Source: an archaeon (GTDB lineage: Archaea; Iainarchaeota; Iainarchaeia; Iainarchaeales; CSSED10-239). From it: a DNA stretch of 19,014 nucleotides. Shown here piece after piece: positions 15,630 to 19,014 of the stretch. A program made the position numbers and the translations under genes. The notes under the pieces were generated by a model. It made no database searches and was not told the origin of the DNA. It saw nothing but the letters and a program-made list of their open reading frames with translations. Where the stretch lies: contig DAOOUC010000012.1 of the NCBI GenBank assembly GCA_035390665.1, positions 1-19,014 of the forward strand, read 5' to 3'. Each line of letters opens with the position of its first letter. The first letter of the stretch is position 1.

Positions 15630-16717
15630 ATATATTATATGGAATTAGTGGAATAGGAACTGGTCATTCAAACAGACAACTACCGATAATTGAACATTTT
15701 TCTAAAGATTCTAGGATTGCAATCTTTTGTTATGGTGAAAGTTACAGAATATATAGTGAGCTTTCTACTAAAAATAAAAATATTATACCCATTTTAGTAG
15801 ACATCCCGTTTATAGCAGAAAGTTCCAATGGATTTGATTGGAAAGAAACTGTAAGAATAAACAAAGGAAAAGACTTTAATACAATAAATAGTTTAGCAAT
15901 TTTAAAAGTAGAAGAAACAATTGGAATACCAGATGTTGTTATTTCTGATTATGAACCATTAAGTGCACAATATTCTTATGCATATGATGTGCCCTTAATC
16001 ACAATTGATCAGCAAAGTAAATATCTTTGTGGCAATTATCCTTCGTTAAATGGTAAAACCGTAATTTCAGAGGTTATGCGTCTTAGAATGTTCTTACCAA
16101 AGGCTAATGCAAGAATTGCTTGTTCTTTTTTTAATGTAGATACTTCTATAAATAAACATAATGTGACTATTTTACCACCAACCATTAAAGATGAAATATT
16201 AAATCTAAAGAAAAAAGAAGAAAATGTAATATTACTATATATTTCTTCCCAAAGCGAGTTTGTTCAAAATCTTGAAGAAGTAATAGATGTTTTTAAATTA
16301 TATAAAAAAGAAAAATTTGAAATATTTGTAAAAGATATACCAATTATTAATTTACCAGAAAATGTTTCAATTCATAAGCACGGAGACAACAATCATTTTT
16401 ATGAAACTTTAAGTAAATCTAAAGCAATTATTTCAACTGCTGGGCACACCTTATTATCAGAAGCAATGTATTTAGGAATTCCAGTATATGCTGTGCCATT
16501 ATCTGTCTATGAACAACACATGAATGCAAATGTTTTAGAGAAAAATGGATTTGGGATATCTAGAAAAAAGATAGAAAAAGAAAGTTTAGATTATTTCTTA
16601 CAGAACCTTTTAAGATTTAAAACAAATATAATGACTGATAAAGAAATATTACTAAGGAGATCTGGAAAAGAAGAAATAATTAAATTAATAGAACAAATTG
16701 CAAGAGGGGAAAAATGA
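15626..16717 (+). CDS. GT-B glycosyltransferase (MJ1255/TIGR00661-like, MurG-type C-terminal domain)
   Basis: N-terminal ILYGISGIGTGHSNRQ (G-x-G-x-G-H-x-x-R). C-terminal ISTAGHTLLSEAMYLGIPVYAVPL...EQHMNANVLEKNGFG is a donor-binding pattern. Its ATG overlaps the upstream TGA (ATGA). Confidence 0.75.
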   Translation: MNILYGISGIGTGHSNRQLPIIEHFSKDSRIAIFCYGESYRIYSELSTKNKNIIPILVDIPFIAESSNGFDWKETVRINKGKDFNTINSLAILKVEETIGIPDVVISDYEPLSAQYSYAYDVPLITIDQQSKYLCGNYPSLNGKTVISEVMRLRMFLPKANARIACSFFNVDTSINKHNVTILPPTIKDEILNLKKKEENVILLYISSQSEFVQNLEEVIDVFKLYKKEKFEIFVKDIPIINLPENVSIHKHGDNNHFYETLSKSKAIISTAGHTLLSEAMYLGIPVYAVPLSVYEQHMNANVLEKNGFGISRKKIEKESLDYFLQNLLRFKTNIMTDKEILLRRSGKEEIIKLIEQIARGEK

Positions 16718-17859
16718 AGATACTTGTATTTTCCCCGCCATTTCTTGGACACCTTAACATTCTTAGAAAAATGATAGAAAATAACAGAGATATAGAATTT
16801 AAACTAGTTATTACTGGTTGGAAAAATATTATAATTGATGGCGAACTTAATCTAAATAAATCAACGCTTACAGAAACAGATCCGGCATTATGGACTTTTA
16901 AAAGAACTTATGAGCTTTTAGATGATTGTCTAGAAGTTACAAAAACATATAATCCTGATTTAATAATTTATGATTTTTTTTGTTTAGAAGCATATTTTGT
17001 TGGAAGATTATTAAATATTCCAGCTTGGGCGTCTATTCCATCAATGCTTGGACCAAATGATAAAGATGATTATCTTAAAGAAAAAATAAAATTGCCAGAA
17101 AATCAAGAATATTTAAAAAAATTAGAAGAAAAATATAAGATAAAAATAGAAGATATAGAAATGATCTCAGATGGTTTGTATTTTCCAGAAAAAAACAACA
17201 TAGTTTGGTCATATCCAGAAATTATTACAAAAGACTTTATGACTGGAAGAAAAGAAAATAAATTTTATTTTGTTGGAAACTATAATACTTATAGAAAACA
17301 AGAAAAAGAAATTATTTATTTTTCCTTTGGTACAGTTGTAATGAATAATTTATGGAACCAACAAGAAGAAACAAGAGAATTACTTAAAGAATTTATTCAA
17401 GAAGTTTCAAAAAAATTAAAAGAAGAAAAAGTAATCTTTGTTACTCAAGGAAAACCAATATTAGAAAACTATCCAAGCAACTGGGAGATAAAAGAAAATG
17501 TAGACCAAGTGGAGTTTCTTTCAAGATCAAAATTATTTATAACCCACGGAGGAAACAATAGCTTTCATGAATCTTTTTTACAAAAAGTGCCAATGATTGT
17601 TATCCCTTTCTTTGGAGACCAGATACTTACTGGGCAAAGAGTTGAAAAATTAGGAATTGGAATAAATCTAGGAATAGATACTTCAATAGACACAAAGAAA
17701 TCAAAAGTATTTCTAAATAAAGAACTAGCAAACAGATTAACACAAGCAGTAAAAGAAATACTAAATAATCCCAAATATCAAAACAAGCTTGATAATTTTA
17801 AATTAACCAATGATAATTTGAATGAGTTAATTAAGAAACAGTTTTCTTCTGTTTTTTAA
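16714..17859 (+). CDS. UDP-glycosyltransferase (GT1, MGT/UGT-like)
   Basis: N-terminal ILVFSPPFLGHLN. FITHGGNNSFHESFLQKVPMIVIPFFGDQ fits the UDPGT signature as I recall it (H-[STAGC]-G-x2-[STAG]-x3-[STAGL]-[LIVMFA]-x4-P-[LIVMTA]-x3-P-x3-D-Q). ATGA overlap with the upstream gene. Confidence 0.85.
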   Translation: MKILVFSPPFLGHLNILRKMIENNRDIEFKLVITGWKNIIIDGELNLNKSTLTETDPALWTFKRTYELLDDCLEVTKTYNPDLIIYDFFCLEAYFVGRLLNIPAWASIPSMLGPNDKDDYLKEKIKLPENQEYLKKLEEKYKIKIEDIEMISDGLYFPEKNNIVWSYPEIITKDFMTGRKENKFYFVGNYNTYRKQEKEIIYFSFGTVVMNNLWNQQEETRELLKEFIQEVSKKLKEEKVIFVTQGKPILENYPSNWEIKENVDQVEFLSRSKLFITHGGNNSFHESFLQKVPMIVIPFFGDQILTGQRVEKLGIGINLGIDTSIDTKKSKVFLNKELANRLTQAVKEILNNPKYQNKLDNFKLTNDNLNELIKKQFSSVF

Positions 17860-17947
17860 ATTATTTGATTTTAAATTCTATTTGGTCATTTATGATATCT
17901 CGTAACTCAATCACCTCTATCTAAAAGATTTAGAAAAAAAGGCAAAA

Positions 17948-18610
17948 TCACATTAGTTTCTTCTCTAGTTCTTTATAGTAATCAAGACTTAGTTTTCTTA
18001 TATTTTTTAGTATTGGAATGGCGATTTTTCTATCTTCTAAAAGATTTAATCTTTCTTCAAACCAAGTTATCCAAACATCTTTTCCTGATTTTTTTGTTTG
18101 ATAGATTATTTCTTCTAAAACAATATCCCAGTCAGGGTTTGTTCTAGCAATTGATTGACAATCATCAATATCTCCATCTCTGTCTGTTATGCTTTTGAAA
18201 ACTAAAATGTCTTCTAAGGAACAAGCAAATAGCTTAATGTTTTTGTATTCTTTTATTAGTTTTGCCCTCTTTATCATATTTTCACTAAGGAAAAGATTAT
18301 TACACACAATTTTATTAAAGATATCAAATCTATAATTATCTTTGATTAGTATATTTTCTAAATTTAATTTATGGTATTCTCTTGTTGGTTTTTCATGTGT
18401 GAAATCATTTTTTTTGAGTGTATTAATCAATGATTCATATTCTTCTTTTGAGTTAACTATTAGATCTATGTCTTTTGTTCCTTGTTTTGCGCTGTGGTAT
18501 AGTAGTACTGCTCCACCAATTAGGTAGATATCTATTTTCTTAGAAATACTTTGATCCATTTTTTCAAATGCTTCAGAGATTTGAGTAAAGTCTGTAATAT
18601 ATTTTTCCAT
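17948..18610 (-). CDS. Nucleotidyltransferase-fold protein (DUF6036/AbiEii-like)
   Basis: IYLIGGAVLLYHSAKQGTKDIDLIV (nt 18464-18517) matches the minimal NTase G-G/S ... D-x-D pattern. The downstream LEDILVFKSITDRDGDIDD resembles the second conserved block of AbiEii-type proteins. The family name comes from memory, not a search. Confidence 0.55.
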   Translation of the reverse strand: MEKYITDFTQISEAFEKMDQSISKKIDIYLIGGAVLLYHSAKQGTKDIDLIVNSKEEYESLINTLKKNDFTHEKPTREYHKLNLENILIKDNYRFDIFNKIVCNNLFLSENMIKRAKLIKEYKNIKLFACSLEDILVFKSITDRDGDIDDCQSIARTNPDWDIVLEEIIYQTKKSGKDVWITWFEERLNLLEDRKIAIPILKNIRKLSLDYYKELEKKLM

Positions 18611-18617
18611 ATTCCAA

Positions 18618-19014
18618 TCACATCTTTATACCATACACTTTTGCTTTTTCTTTTATTTCTTTTAGTGGAGGATATCTGTCTATTTTTTCTCCAGCAAATA
18701 TTTTGTTTAGGTTGTCTAGTATTGGATGTTTAATATCTTTAAATTCATCTTTATATTTGTAATAGAATAACGCAAGATACAATCTGTCTCTAAATTCTTT
18801 TGTTTTTTCTACAATTGCTAAAGTGTGTAAAAGTATATCTTGTTTAGTTAGTTGTTTCTTAGGTAGATAATAGAAGTTTTCAAGAGTATAGATAAGTAGA
18901 TTATAGTCCTTGAAAGCAGAAAAAGAAGTTAATGTTGCATCGTTTATATTTTGCTTTATTGAAAACACAATTTCTTTTTCGTTTTTATAGTAGATAGTAG
19001 AACCAACAGGCACT
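18618..19014 (-). CDS. Hypothetical protein, N-terminus outside the window; upstream partner of the NTase-fold gene
   Basis: The frame is open to the window edge. The stop is 7 bp before the NTase ATG on the same strand. I recognised no motif and saw no HEPN R-x(4-6)-H. Confidence 0.45.
   Translation of the reverse strand, partial: VPVGSTIYYKNEKEIVFSIKQNINDATLTSFSAFKDYNLLIYTLENFYYLPKKQLTKQDILLHTLAIVEKTKEFRDRLYLALFYYKYKDEFKDIKHPILDNLNKIFAGEKIDRYPPLKEIKEKAKVYGIKM

Noticed and set aside
17565-17774. 69-aa antisense ORF inside the UDP-glycosyltransferase gene
   Set aside because: It lies opposite the UDPGT signature region and has no independent support.
18342-18733. Two + strand ORFs (61 and 60 aa) opposite the NTase cassette
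   Set aside because: They are antisense to longer ORFs that carry recognisable NTase motifs, and their composition is F/L/C-rich.
1-19014. CRISPR arrays, rRNA genes, transposases or IS elements, and alternative genetic code
   Set aside because: I saw no regularly spaced direct repeats, no rRNA-like GC-rich blocks, and no DDE, integrase or recombinase motifs in any ORF. TGA clearly terminates well-conserved genes such as pyrB and the histidine phosphatase, so the standard code applies.

Overview
The window is very AT-rich and densely coded, with about 20 credible genes, several 3-13 bp gaps and ATGA stop/start overlaps. TGA acts as a normal stop. It most likely comes from a small-genome archaeon, possibly DPANN-like. 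This lineage call is an inference from three things: an archaeal class III (type IV pilin-like) signal peptide (KKALSPIIATILLVVV), a pyrB-pyrI pair, and GGAGG/GGTGA ribosome-binding motifs.

Housekeeping genes I can support:
- argF-pyrB-pyrI, a carbamoyl-phosphate-using cluster
- full-length uvrA
- three clear class I SAM methyltransferases
- a DUF362/ferredoxin Fe-S protein
- a HIT-family protein
- a partial histidine phosphatase

Features that look accessory or unusual:
1. A 473-aa pilin-like secreted protein carries a complete 136-aa mini-intein-like Hint domain (7463-7870). All splicing blocks are present, but the +1 residue is Leu, which resembles bacterial intein-like (BIL) autoprocessing domains.
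2. A translationally coupled operon (14349-17859) encodes a NUDIX::HprK-like P-loop fusion and two GT-B glycosyltransferases. A HIT protein with an H-x-H-x-K motif lies divergently next to it.
3. A bacterial-type DinD homologue and an 81-aa coiled-coil ORF sit directly upstream of uvrA.
4. A roughly 100-nt island of 58% GC with nested helices and a terminator-like 3' end (12006-12130) is a candidate structured RNA.
5. An orphan HExxH protein.
6. A nucleotidyltransferase-fold (DUF6036/AbiEii-like) two-gene cassette at the right edge.

I saw no CRISPR array, rRNA, convincing tRNA or transposase. All family assignments rest on motifs read by eye. No database search was run.
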